This document shows positions 30,369 to 40,150 of a stretch of DNA of 64,000 nt, piece by piece (positions within the stretch are counted from its first letter, which is position 1; each line of letters starts with the position of its first letter). The notes under the pieces are model-generated. The model saw nothing but the letters and a program-made list of their open reading frames with translations. It did not search any database and was not told the DNA's origin. The DNA comes from a bacterium (GTDB taxonomy: Bacteria > UBA8248). The stretch spans positions 2,304,001-2,368,000 of the forward strand of contig CBDBBI010000010.1 in NCBI GenBank assembly GCA_965202625.1, in the 5' to 3' direction. Position numbers and translations under genes: made by a program.

Positions 30369-31856
30369 TCAGGTGCTGGCCCGCCGCCGCCTCCCCCGGC
30401 GGAAGATGCCGTCGTAGAACGTGAACAGGGAGACGCAGAGCAGCACGGTTCCGACGGGGCTTGCGAGGAAGGACCAGAACGGCTTGTTCTCGAAGGTGAT
30501 CAGCGCGCGGCGCAGGTTCTCATCCGCCAGGGAGCCCAGAATGACGGCCAGAACCATGGGCGCCAGCGGAAGGCCAAGGCTGCGAAAAACGTAGCCGGCG
30601 AACCCCGCAGCCAGCATGACGTAGACGTCGAACATGCTCAGGCGCACCGCATACGCCCCCAGAATACATATGGGGATGATGATGGGCATCAGCAGGGTGC
30701 GCGGCAGGCTGTAGAGCTTGATCGCCGGCTTCACCAGCAGGAGACCGAACACGTACATCAGGAAGTTCGCCACGACGAGTGCCCCGTAGATGAAGTAGAT
30801 CAGCCCGGGGTTCTCGATGTTGATGGTGGGGCCCATCACCACGTGCTTGAGCTCAAGAGCGGCCATGAAGGCGGCGGCGGGCGGACTGCCCGGAATCCCC
30901 AGCGTGAGCGTGGGAAGGATGGTTCCGCCGATGCAGGCGTTGTTCGCCACCTCCCCGCACACGATGCCCTCGTAGCTCCCCTTGCCGAATTTCGCGCGTT
31001 CCTCGGGGCTGGCCCGGCGCTTGCCCACGTCGTAGGCGACGAAGGCGGCGATGTTTCCGCCCGCTCCGGGAATGGCGCCTATCACCGTGCCGATGATTCC
31101 CGAGCGCACCGAGGAGCGCGCGTAGCGCCACAGCATGGTGAAGGGGGGCACCACCCGGCCCACCTTCTCGGGAATCGCGGGCGGCTCTCGCTGCGGCAGC
31201 ACCCAGAGCACCTCGGTGAGTCCGAAAAAGCCGATGATCACCGGAATATAGCTGATGCCGTCCTCCAGGAGCACGCTCCCGAAGGTGAAGCGCGGGACGC
31301 CGTATATGTTGTCGAGCCCCACGTAGGCGATGAGAAGCCCCAGCCAGCCCGATATCCAGCCCTTGATGGGCGTCTCGCCCGAGGTGAGCGTTCCGCAGAT
31401 GGCGATTCCCCACAGGGCGAGGAGGAACATCTCCCAGGAGCGAAACTGCAAAGCGATGAACAGGACGAGGGGAATGAACGCCACCAGGAGCAGGATGCCC
31501 ACCCAGTTTCCGAGAAAAGAAGCCACCAGGGCGGTGCCGAGCGCCAGACCGCCCTCTCCCCTTTGGGCGAGGGGATACCCCTCGATCATCGTGGGAACGG
31601 CGGCGGGCGTGCCGGGAATGTTGATGAGCACCGCGGTGATCGAACCGCCAAAGACGCTCGCCGTATACACCCCCAGCAGGAACATGATGGCCACGTCCTG
31701 GCTCATCTGGGTGGAAAGGCCGATGAGCAGCACCATGGACATGGTCGTCGAGATGCCCGGCATCGAACCCCACAGCAACCCCAGTATCGTGCCCAGAATA
31801 CAGACGAGCACCAGATACGGGTTTAATGCGTAGATGAGCTGCTCTATGAAAAACAT
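30369..31856 (-). CDS. tctA: Tripartite tricarboxylate transporter large permease
   Basis: INIPGTPAA, EVANNA, LTLGIPGS; many TM helices. Confidence 0.92.
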   Translation of the reverse strand: MFFIEQLIYALNPYLVLVCILGTILGLLWGSMPGISTTMSMVLLIGLSTQMSQDVAIMFLLGVYTASVFGGSITAVLINIPGTPAAVPTMIEGYPLAQRGEGGLALGTALVASFLGNWVGILLLVAFIPLVLFIALQFRSWEMFLLALWGIAICGTLTSGETPIKGWISGWLGLLIAYVGLDNIYGVPRFTFGSVLLEDGISYIPVIIGFFGLTEVLWVLPQREPPAIPEKVGRVVPPFTMLWRYARSSVRSGIIGTVIGAIPGAGGNIAAFVAYDVGKRRASPEERAKFGKGSYEGIVCGEVANNACIGGTILPTLTLGIPGSPPAAAFMAALELKHVVMGPTINIENPGLIYFIYGALVVANFLMYVFGLLLVKPAIKLYSLPRTLLMPIIIPICILGAYAVRLSMFDVYVMLAAGFAGYVFRSLGLPLAPMVLAVILGSLADENLRRALITFENKPFWSFLASPVGTVLLCVSLFTFYDGIFRRGRRRRAST

Positions 31857-31859
31857 GGG

Positions 31860-32459
31860 CTATCCCGAACCCGGCAGAGGAATCCTGAACCCGTAGCGAA
31901 ACGCTGCGGCCAGAACGAGCGTGGAAATTGCGGCGACGAGAAGGCACCGCATAAAGGACTTCGGCCAGAAGATGCGCAGCACGATCGCCAGGGCGGGGAT
32001 GGTGACGGCCTCAAAGCTGCTGAAGCCGAACCGCCAGCCCGCAACCCCCAGCGGAATTGCGACGTCGAACGTCACCCAGTCGATGAGAAGCACGTAAAGG
32101 ACCGCCAGCCCCATCAGGATGAGTGCCCACTGGTTCTCATAATCGCCAAAATAGCCGCGCAGCAATTCTCCGGGAGAGAAGCCCGCCCCCGTCCAGGCGC
32201 CCTTTTTGAGGGCGCTCACTCCGAGGCCGACCGCCATCACCAGCAAACTCAAGCCCGTGAGAAAGGGCATGAAGCCCGGTGCGGTGAAGACGTTCGCCTC
32301 CGGATTGGGCATGCGCAGCCCCAGAATGATGGCGAGAACGGCAACGGCTCCCACAACGCCTGCCGCCGCCAGGTCCTTTCTCGCCCCGGCTGGGTCTCCC
32401 CCCTCCGCAGGCTTTGCGGGAAGAGGGGTCTTGCGGTCATCGTCGTTTGAGGAAACCAT
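31860..32459 (-). CDS. tctB: TctB-like small permease
   Basis: About four TM helices, APGFMP, FRIPLP C-terminus; between tctC and tctA. Confidence 0.7.
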   Translation of the reverse strand: MVSSNDDDRKTPLPAKPAEGGDPAGARKDLAAAGVVGAVAVLAIILGLRMPNPEANVFTAPGFMPFLTGLSLLVMAVGLGVSALKKGAWTGAGFSPGELLRGYFGDYENQWALILMGLAVLYVLLIDWVTFDVAIPLGVAGWRFGFSSFEAVTIPALAIVLRIFWPKSFMRCLLVAAISTLVLAAAFRYGFRIPLPGSG

Positions 32460-32565
32460 GCGATTATTCCGGCGTATATCGAGACCAAGGAAACCCGCCT
32501 GCTTCGGGCGCGTCGTCTCATCTTTTGAGCGGGGCACCCGAAGCAGACGCTGCGCGAAAAGCCGC

Positions 32566-33714
32566 CTAGCTCATGCGCGGCGTATAGCCTTTGGGCGGCC
32601 ACCAGGCGTCGAAATCCTTCGGAGCGGGAAGCCCGAGTTCCTCGGGCCCGCGCACCTTTTTGCCGATGTGCTTTTGCAGCTTGAGCAGGGTGGTGGCACT
32701 CAGGCTCTCCAGCTGCGCGGCGCGGCGATCGGCGTCCGCGCCCACGCGAATGTCGCTCTGGAAATACTTGCGCTTCGCGATCTTCGTGAAAGCGTCGGAC
32801 TTCGCAGCGGCGATCCAGGCGGGCTTGATCTTGTTGAGCGCCTCGACCGGCGTCTGCCGCCGCACCGCGATGCTGTAGGTTCCCCCCATGGGCGTCAGCG
32901 CCTTGAGGGCGGGTATGTAGTTGGCCACGGTATACGCCTTTCCGTAGTCGGGAATGTCCAGATCCTCCGGGCCCGTTTGCATGAGGTTTCTCAGTTTGCC
33001 CGCCCGGAAGAACTCGACGTGCTCATGCACGCCGCCGCCGGCGATGTCCACCTCGCCCTGCAGGCCGGCGACGGTCGCCGGCTTTCCGCCCTTGTAGGGG
33101 ACGAAGCGCAGCTCGATTCCCGCCGCGTCAGCGACGATGGCGCCCACCTCGTGCCAGATGCTGCCTACGCCCGACGTCGATATGGTGATCTGGCCGGATT
33201 TCTTCTTGGCCGCGGCTATCACGTCCTCAAAAGTCTTGAAGGGAGAGTCCGGACGCACCGACCAGCTCGCGAGCGAGGTCGCCGCCGCGAAATGCTGCCA
33301 GTCCATCCACGCCGCCGAATCCGCGTATCCCATCGGCCGGACGAACTTGTTGTAGTTCGCCGCTCCCAGCCACGTGTAGCCATCCGCCGCCTTGTTGAGC
33401 ACGTAGCGGGTAGCCACGCCGCCGACCGACCCCGGGCGGTTGATGGCGTTTATGGCCCAGCCGGTCGAGCGCGCCATCTCTCCCACGAGGGTGCGGATGA
33501 CGGTGTCCGTGCCGCCGCCCGCCGAATACATGACGACGGTGGTGATGGGACGCGCGGGCCAGCCGGCGGCACCCGCCTTGCGCGTCGTGAACGCGAGCGG
33601 TACTGCCGCCGCCGCACCCGCCGCACCGAGGGTTCGAATGAAGCTTCGGCGCGTGATGTGGGATGATTCGGGAACGATGATTCCCGAATCGTCCGGGGGT
33701 GTGTTTCTGGACAT
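32566..33714 (-). CDS. tctC: TctC/Bug substrate-binding protein with Tat signal
   Basis: TRRSFI twin-arginine motif, WPARPIT..SAGGGTD, VPYKGG. Confidence 0.9.
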   Translation of the reverse strand: MSRNTPPDDSGIIVPESSHITRRSFIRTLGAAGAAAAVPLAFTTRKAGAAGWPARPITTVVMYSAGGGTDTVIRTLVGEMARSTGWAINAINRPGSVGGVATRYVLNKAADGYTWLGAANYNKFVRPMGYADSAAWMDWQHFAAATSLASWSVRPDSPFKTFEDVIAAAKKKSGQITISTSGVGSIWHEVGAIVADAAGIELRFVPYKGGKPATVAGLQGEVDIAGGGVHEHVEFFRAGKLRNLMQTGPEDLDIPDYGKAYTVANYIPALKALTPMGGTYSIAVRRQTPVEALNKIKPAWIAAAKSDAFTKIAKRKYFQSDIRVGADADRRAAQLESLSATTLLKLQKHIGKKVRGPEELGLPAPKDFDAWWPPKGYTPRMS

Positions 33715-33944
33715 GGCGTATCCTCCGGTTGAGATGAAAAACGGTTGAGGTGAAAAGGCCGATCATGGCGAGACGCAAGCCAACCATGACCCGACGCGCG
33801 GGCTATCCCGCATCCCTTGCGCAATAGATTCCTTGCCCTCTTTCTTTCTCTTATCTTTCGATTCGGTATAACTTCCATCCTAGCATGAAAGGCGCGCGCT
33901 GCGCAAAACGGAGTATTCCGAAGCGCGCCCGCCTCCGCCGTCGC

Positions 33945-34304
33945 CTACCCGCACCGCACCTTGAGAACCCGCCCCGCATCGTCGAGGACGACGTTCAGCC
34001 GCTCCGGCCGGTAATCCATGGAGATGCGGCTGCCAAAGCGATAGACGCGCAGGGGTCGAGGCAGGGCGGCCGGGTCGATCTCCCCCCACGGCTGGCCGAT
34101 GAGTTTTTGATGTCGCGCAGCGGCACACCTGTGCTCCCGCGCCCTTTTAAGCACCGCGCGGCGCGGCCCTCTCGCATCCCCCGCTCCGGACGGGCGAGGT
34201 TCTGCGGTCGCGCCCCCCTGCCGCTCAGGTGCCGTCGGCACGGCGCAGCTGCAGAGCAGGAGTGCCGAGAACAGGGTCGGTGCGGTGCTCCAAAATGGCA
34301 GCAA
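33945..34304 (-). CDS. Peptidase inhibitor I78 family lipoprotein
   Basis: LCSC lipobox, C..LIGQ, SMDYRPERLNV..D..GRV..VRCG. Confidence 0.85.
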   Translation of the reverse strand: MLPFWSTAPTLFSALLLCSCAVPTAPERQGGATAEPRPSGAGDARGPRRAVLKRAREHRCAAARHQKLIGQPWGEIDPAALPRPLRVYRFGSRISMDYRPERLNVVLDDAGRVLKVRCG

Positions 34305-34348
34305 ACCTCCTCTCCTCCCCGCAGCCGCTTCGTCCGAGAAAACGCCCT

Positions 34349-36904
34349 TCAGAACTCAGTCCGCCAGCCCGTCATCAGGTTGAGGGCGGGCTTCGCGTCC
34401 GCGTGTCCAGGGTTGTGCGAGACGATCACCCCCGCGCGCAGCTCGCCGCCGAACACGCCCTTTCGGCGCCAGCGCGTCGATACGTCAATTTGCCGCACAG
34501 AGGGGACGAGGCTGGCCGAGAACGAATCGCTGAGCACCGCGCCGTCCCTGCCGCGTCCGACCGGCAGGGTGAGCCGCGCCGAGCCGCTCTCTACCCGGGG
34601 CGGCTGGGATACGGAAAGCACCACCTCGTCGCGATCGCCCAGGCGGCGGCTGGCGCGCAGCGAGACCGCACTCGTAGTCAGCCTCGAGAAGTCGTCGATG
34701 ATTCCGCCGCCCACGCCCGGGGCGACCAGACCGATCTCGGCGTCCAGAGCGAGGCGCCACCCGCCGAACTCGGCGGCCGCCTCAAAGCCGGCGAAAAGGT
34801 TGTCCGCAGAGAGGCTGCCGAACGCGCCGTCCGCCCTGGAGCCCAGCACGGTTTCCTCCTCACGGAGCCACCCCAGGCGCACTCCGAAGGGCGTCTCCGC
34901 CGGCCGCCAGGCGAGCAGGGCGCCGATTTCCGAGGCCTGGCTCCCCCGGTCGTGGTCGGGGGCGGCGAACATGGTCGCCTCCAGCCCGTTTCGCGCTCTG
35001 AAGGCGAGGGTCAAGGCGTTCTCGGCGACGTTGAGCAGGCTACTCTCGGCACTGCCCGGCGATCCGGACGAGGCGAATCGCCATCCGCCCCGATGGACGG
35101 CGCGCGCATGGGCACCGAGCGAGGTACGCGTCCCGCGCGCGGCGGTCCAATCCGCCTCCTTCGGCGCCATGAGATCGCTCAGCTGCCGCAGGCCGGAAGA
35201 GCGGCCCGCACTCCAGGCGAAGTCCGAAGCCTTGAACCAGAACGGCGCGCCGAGGGAGTCGAACGCGGCGATCTCGCGCCCGGCCAGTGCGCGCCTGAAT
35301 ACGTCCCCGAAAGCGGCGCCCGTCTGGAGGGAGGTGGTGCGGACGTCCTCTCCTCCGGGGGCGTCCGCGCGCGCGCTCGTCGAAATCCGCGCTGTGCCCA
35401 CCGGCGAGACCGCCGCGCCCAGGTCCATCATCCCCTGCCCGTAAATGGAGGAATAGGGCGTGCCGTCGTCGGCGGTGCTGTCCGGCGCATAGACGTCGCT
35501 CTTGTCTGCGGTCGCAAAGAGGCGCGTCAACAGCTCCCTGTTGGTGAGCTGATTCCGGAAGAAATGTTTCATCAGGGCAAGACCGCCGGAGACCATGGGC
35601 GTGGCAGCGGAGGTGCCTCTGAAGATGATGAGGTCGAAATCCGTCTGGGGACCGAAGTAGGCACTTATGACGTCGACCCCGGGGGCGGCGATGCACCAGG
35701 GGCCGGCGATTCCGCAGCGGTTGGAGAAACTGGCGATTTCGCCGCTCCGGTCCGTGGCGACGGCGACGACGTTGTGCCCCTGAAGTTCAGGCAGCAAGGC
35801 GACTATCCCGGCGTCAACGTTGGGCGAGGTCGCCCGATGGCTGTAGCCCGTGGTACTGCCGGAATCGGCGAAGCAATTCTGATCTTGGGGGCCATCGCAT
35901 TCCGCGCCGTGGTCGTTGCCTGCGGACCAGACGAATATGGCCGGATTCTCAACGCCTGTTTGTGCTACCGGTGCCACGTCATCTAACACCTCATCGAAAA
36001 GGGCGGACCCGCGTAGTGGTCCCCCCACATCATAATTCTCGACGAAGGTGGACTGGATAGCGAGGCTGTTGTTCACAATGTCCACGCCGCTTTGCAGAAT
36101 GGCGCGATACGCCGCGGCATAATCGAACGAGCTTATCTCGCTTGCCGAAAAGTAGTCGGTGATGGGTGCGGTGAACACCTTGAAATCCGCACCCCAGGCG
36201 AGACCGGTGAAACCCCCTCGTCCGGGCTGGGCGGCCATGATGCCCGTGACGGCCGTCCCATGCGAAAGACTATTCAGAGTGGGGAAACCCGCTAGCACCT
36301 CATCCGGCAGCCCCTGCAGGAGCGTTTCGGTGATGCGCGCGCCGGTGAATAGGATATGGCCGAGATCGACGCCCGAATCCAGAACGCCGATGCGGACTCC
36401 GGCGCCCGGACGCGCGTCCATGCCGTGCTTCACCTGTATCGCCGCGTGCGCCTCGTCCGCGTTGAGTGCTCCCAGACCCCACTGTCTTTGAAAATCAGAG
36501 GTCGCCGCAATCTGATCGGCGATCGGATCGCGCCGACTGTAGAATTCACTCTCCGAGATGCATCCATGGTCGGCAGTCTGAATGCAGGCGCCAGTCGGAG
36601 GGGGAGGATCAGGATCAGTCACAGGCGGAGGTGGAGGCGGAGGAGGTGGAGGTGGTGGAGGTGGAGGATCAGGCGCAGGAGTAGGTGTGGGATCAGGCGT
36701 GGGAGTAGGTGTGGGAGTAGGTGTCGGAGTGGGTGTCGGAGTGGGTGTCGGAGTGGGAGTGGGCGTGGGGTTAGGCGTCGGAGTGGGGATAGGAGCAGGT
36801 GAAGCGGCTGAACCGCCGCCTCCGCCGCCTCCGCAGCCGGTTAACGCCGCCCAGAACAACAGCAGCGCAAAGCAGGAAGCAAGTCTGCAAGTTTGGAAGA
36901 ACAT
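34349..36904 (-). CDS. S8 subtilisin-like serine protease lipoprotein with Pro/Thr linker and C-terminal beta-barrel-like domain
   Basis: LTGC lipobox; GVLDSG, HGTAV, SAGN, GTSAATP catalytic motifs; terminal WRTEF. Confidence 0.9.
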   Translation of the reverse strand: MFFQTCRLASCFALLLFWAALTGCGGGGGGGSAASPAPIPTPTPNPTPTPTPTPTPTPTPTPTPTPTPTPDPTPTPAPDPPPPPPPPPPPPPPPVTDPDPPPPTGACIQTADHGCISESEFYSRRDPIADQIAATSDFQRQWGLGALNADEAHAAIQVKHGMDARPGAGVRIGVLDSGVDLGHILFTGARITETLLQGLPDEVLAGFPTLNSLSHGTAVTGIMAAQPGRGGFTGLAWGADFKVFTAPITDYFSASEISSFDYAAAYRAILQSGVDIVNNSLAIQSTFVENYDVGGPLRGSALFDEVLDDVAPVAQTGVENPAIFVWSAGNDHGAECDGPQDQNCFADSGSTTGYSHRATSPNVDAGIVALLPELQGHNVVAVATDRSGEIASFSNRCGIAGPWCIAAPGVDVISAYFGPQTDFDLIIFRGTSAATPMVSGGLALMKHFFRNQLTNRELLTRLFATADKSDVYAPDSTADDGTPYSSIYGQGMMDLGAAVSPVGTARISTSARADAPGGEDVRTTSLQTGAAFGDVFRRALAGREIAAFDSLGAPFWFKASDFAWSAGRSSGLRQLSDLMAPKEADWTAARGTRTSLGAHARAVHRGGWRFASSGSPGSAESSLLNVAENALTLAFRARNGLEATMFAAPDHDRGSQASEIGALLAWRPAETPFGVRLGWLREEETVLGSRADGAFGSLSADNLFAGFEAAAEFGGWRLALDAEIGLVAPGVGGGIIDDFSRLTTSAVSLRASRRLGDRDEVVLSVSQPPRVESGSARLTLPVGRGRDGAVLSDSFSASLVPSVRQIDVSTRWRRKGVFGGELRAGVIVSHNPGHADAKPALNLMTGWRTEF
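36620..36795 (-). repeat. Low-complexity (Pro-Thr)n / poly-Pro coding repeat
   Basis: GGAGTGGGTGTC-type 12-mers and GGAGGT repeats. Confidence 0.85.
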
Positions 36905-37333
36905 AGGCTTTTCCTCATATCGTGGACTATATCGTGGGCTGCGAATGCGCGTGAAGGTGAGGGGCGATTCTATGCAATCCAGGAGGGGAAGTCCATGCGA
37001 TTTCACGCGGGCATCTACTGCCCTGGCCGCGCGATGAGGTGAGGAGGAGAACGGAAAAAGACGGCTGGGCACGCCCGCCTGGCGGCGGCACTGTTTTCTG
37101 GAACTGGCGTTGTTCTTCGCCGTTCTGGGCGTGAACCTGCCCCCGGAGCCTGGGTTCGAGACGCTCCGGACTCCAGGCGGGATCGTCCGCTTCAGACGCC
37201 ACGTTTTCTCCAGCGAACCGGAGATGGGCGCTCGTCCGCTCGTCAAGCCTCACGCAGTCGCGCATGACTGTGATAGGATGAGCGTCCGTTCTGGATGAGA
37301 GAACATCACCCGAATCAGAAGGAAGCGCGAGAC

Positions 37334-38362
37334 ATGAAGATAGGAGTGTTGACCGGGGGTGGAGACTGCCCCGGCCTGAACGCGGTCATCCGCGCCGTGA
37401 CGGCCTCGAATTTCCATCGCGGGATCCACACCCTGGGCATTCGCCGAGGCTGGCGCGGCCTGGTGGAGGGGGATTTCGTCGAAATTACGGGCCCGATGAT
37501 ATCCGGCATCCTTGACAAGGGCGGTACCATTCTCGGCTCATCCAGGACGAACCCGATGAAGGATCCGGCCATGCTCGAGCAGTTCAGGGAGAACTGGCGC
37601 GCATCCGGAATCGACGGCCTCATCGCCATCGGGGGCGATGACACGCTGAGCGTCGCCGCCTTTCTGGACAAGGAAGGCTTCAACGTCATCAGCCTGCCCA
37701 AGACGATCGACAACGACATCGGCCTCACGGACTATTCGTTCGGCTTTCACACCGCCGTCGGCGTCATCACCGACGCCATCGACCGCCTTCGCACCACGGC
37801 GGAGGCACACGACCGCGTCATCATTCTCGAGGTCATGGGACGCCACTCGGGCTGGCTCGCCACCTACGCGGGAATCGCCGGCGGTGCCGACCTCATTCTC
37901 GTGCCCGAGCGTCCCTTCGACATCGACGAGGTGACCGACGTCCTCAAGGCCCGCTTCGCGCGGGGGCGCAACTTCGCCAACGTGGTCGTGGCGGAGGGTG
38001 CCAAGCCCAAAGGTGCGGAAGACTACATCACGCGCAGCCAGTCGAAGGATGATTTCGGACACGTCCAGCTCGGCGGCGTCGGCGAATATCTCGCCCGAGA
38101 AATCGGGGATCGAATGGACGTGGATACGCGCGCCGTCATTCTGGGACACATCCAGCGCGGAGGATCGCCCGTGCCCTACGACCGGGTGCTGGCGACCCGC
38201 CTCGGCGTTCGGGCGAGCGAACTCGCACACGAGGGAACCTGGGGCGTCATGGTCGCCCTCCAGGGCCGCGCCATCAATCCGGTTCCGCTGAGCGAGGCGC
38301 TCGGAAAGGTGAACGAACTGCCTGAGGACTTCTTCGATACCGCGGCGCTTTTCTTCGGATAG
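37334..38362 (+). CDS. pfkA: 6-phosphofructokinase
   Basis: TGGGDCPGLN, GGDDT, PKTIDNDI, EVMGRHSG, GHIQRGG. Confidence 0.95.
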   Translation: MKIGVLTGGGDCPGLNAVIRAVTASNFHRGIHTLGIRRGWRGLVEGDFVEITGPMISGILDKGGTILGSSRTNPMKDPAMLEQFRENWRASGIDGLIAIGGDDTLSVAAFLDKEGFNVISLPKTIDNDIGLTDYSFGFHTAVGVITDAIDRLRTTAEAHDRVIILEVMGRHSGWLATYAGIAGGADLILVPERPFDIDEVTDVLKARFARGRNFANVVVAEGAKPKGAEDYITRSQSKDDFGHVQLGGVGEYLAREIGDRMDVDTRAVILGHIQRGGSPVPYDRVLATRLGVRASELAHEGTWGVMVALQGRAINPVPLSEALGKVNELPEDFFDTAALFFG

Positions 38363-38470
38363 CCCCTCACGCACCCCTCGAATTTCGCGCGTTCATGGAC
38401 GAGGCGAAGCGCTTCTCACCCTGCGAGGCGCTCATGGATGCTTTCCATTCCACCGCGCGCGCATGGACGA

Positions 38471-38607
38471 TGCAGCCAGCAAAAATCATTGCGAACCGCC
38501 CCGAGAAAGGCCGTTTTTCGGGGCGTAAAACGGCTGTGCAAGGGCGTTGCAAAAGGCGTTCAAGGCAGGTCGTCGAACGTGACGGCGGTGCGTATGTCCT
38601 CGGCTCT
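38471..38607. repeat. Dispersed ~140-bp repeat, copy 2 (homologous to 15721-15867)
   Basis: Same blocks and orientation as copy 1. Confidence 0.8.
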
Positions 38608-38652
38608 GGATGGGTTAGCCTCCGTAGGAGGGTCCCAAGTTTCTCTATCAGG

Positions 38653-39069
38653 TTACTCCAAGAAACGCGAAAGGCGTCGTTCCAGGGAGTCCACGTTGCT
38701 AGTTTCACATTCCCATACGACGTAAGTTGACCATCCCAATTCCTCAAGAATGGAAATCGAACGAACGTCCCGCTCGTGATTTTTAGCAACCCTACTCGCC
38801 CAATACTCGGTTCGGGTTTTCGGCAGAGACGCGCGCTTGCAGTTCTCGTGCCCATGCCAAAAACAGCCATGCACGAAGATGACTTTTCTTCTACCCGGAA
38901 ACACGACGTCGGGAGAACCGGGAAGGTCGTCTCGGTGAATCCTGTATCTATAGCCTTTTGAAAAAAGAAGTTTTCTGACAATCAATTCAGGAGCCGTATC
39001 TCGCTGCTTCACACGTTTCATGCGAAACGACACGCTCTCATCTACGCGCAAGTCGTCCTTGCGGCTCAT
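38653..39069 (-). CDS. vsr: Very short patch repair endonuclease
   Basis: DTAPELIVR, LPGSPDVV, FVHGCFWHGH, VWECE. Confidence 0.95.
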   Translation of the reverse strand: MSRKDDLRVDESVSFRMKRVKQRDTAPELIVRKLLFSKGYRYRIHRDDLPGSPDVVFPGRRKVIFVHGCFWHGHENCKRASLPKTRTEYWASRVAKNHERDVRSISILEELGWSTYVVWECETSNVDSLERRLSRFLE

Positions 39070-40142
39070 TATTTTTGCTCGGCAGAGTGCATCAATCCCA
39101 TTTGGCATTGACGAGATACGGCTTCCGCGAAATCGGGCGGCAGCGCGTTTCCGACGACGTTGCAGACGTGTTCCATGTATGGTGTATCGAAACGATAATT
39201 TTCGGGGAAGGTTTGCAGTAGTGCGGCCTCACGAACGGAGATCGTTCTATCCTGTATCGGATGTCCGAACCGGCCCTTGCTGAACGTCGTGCATCCGCCG
39301 GTGATCGTAGGCGACGGCTGATCCCACTTCATGCGGCCGTATACGTTCGTGAACCCCTCGTAGCCGCCTTGGTGACAACTCGGCCTTAACCGCTCGGGGA
39401 TGCTCGTCCAGGTCTTTCCTGCTTTCGCAACCTTGATGCGCTTCACGTTCTCCGGGGAAAGCGTTCGCACGACGTGCCAATCCGAGAGTCGCACTTCTCC
39501 GCGCTCCTTGGCTTCCCGCAAGGTGACCGGCTCGGCCACACGACCAATCGCGTCTTTCACTGTTTTCCAGCGATTCAGCCCATTTTCGCCATTTCTCGAG
39601 TGCGTTCGCATTGGCATATCAATCTTGAAGCCGAGTCCGCCCAGCAACACCAAACGCCGTCGAAGCTGCGGAACCCCATAGTCGGCGACTTGCAGCACGT
39701 CGTCCGTCAGATCGTAGCCGATCCCTTGAAGCCGCCGCTTCAACTCTTCATAGCGCGGCGCACCTTTCTTGGCCAAGCCGGGCACGTTTTCCATCATGAG
39801 GGCTCGCGGCTTCATCTCTTCCGCCAAGCGCGCCATCTCGAAGATCAGATCGTTTCGGTCGTCGTCTTTTCGATATTTGACAGTCAGGCTCGTAAAGCCC
39901 TGGCAAGGCGGACACCCCGCCAGTAAATCAATGCTCTTTTTGCCGGTGAGGCCCAGCAGACGTTCGCCTGAAAAGGTGGCGACGTCTTCCTTCAAAGCGC
40001 GAACTTCTGGATGATTCGCTCGATAGGTCGCGTAGGAGTGTTCCTCAATTTCAATCGCCGCCACTACGTCGAACCCGGCCCGCTTCAAACCTACGGTCAG
40101 GCCCCCGCCCCCAGCGAACAGATCGATTGCCGCAAGTGCCAT
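39069..40142 (-). CDS. dcm: DNA (cytosine-5) methyltransferase
   Basis: DLFAGGGG, GCPPCQGF, ENV, PQLRRR, REAALLQTFP, GNA. Confidence 0.95.
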   Translation of the reverse strand: MALAAIDLFAGGGGLTVGLKRAGFDVVAAIEIEEHSYATYRANHPEVRALKEDVATFSGERLLGLTGKKSIDLLAGCPPCQGFTSLTVKYRKDDDRNDLIFEMARLAEEMKPRALMMENVPGLAKKGAPRYEELKRRLQGIGYDLTDDVLQVADYGVPQLRRRLVLLGGLGFKIDMPMRTHSRNGENGLNRWKTVKDAIGRVAEPVTLREAKERGEVRLSDWHVVRTLSPENVKRIKVAKAGKTWTSIPERLRPSCHQGGYEGFTNVYGRMKWDQPSPTITGGCTTFSKGRFGHPIQDRTISVREAALLQTFPENYRFDTPYMEHVCNVVGNALPPDFAEAVSRQCQMGLMHSAEQK

Positions 40143-40150
40143 GCTAACGA

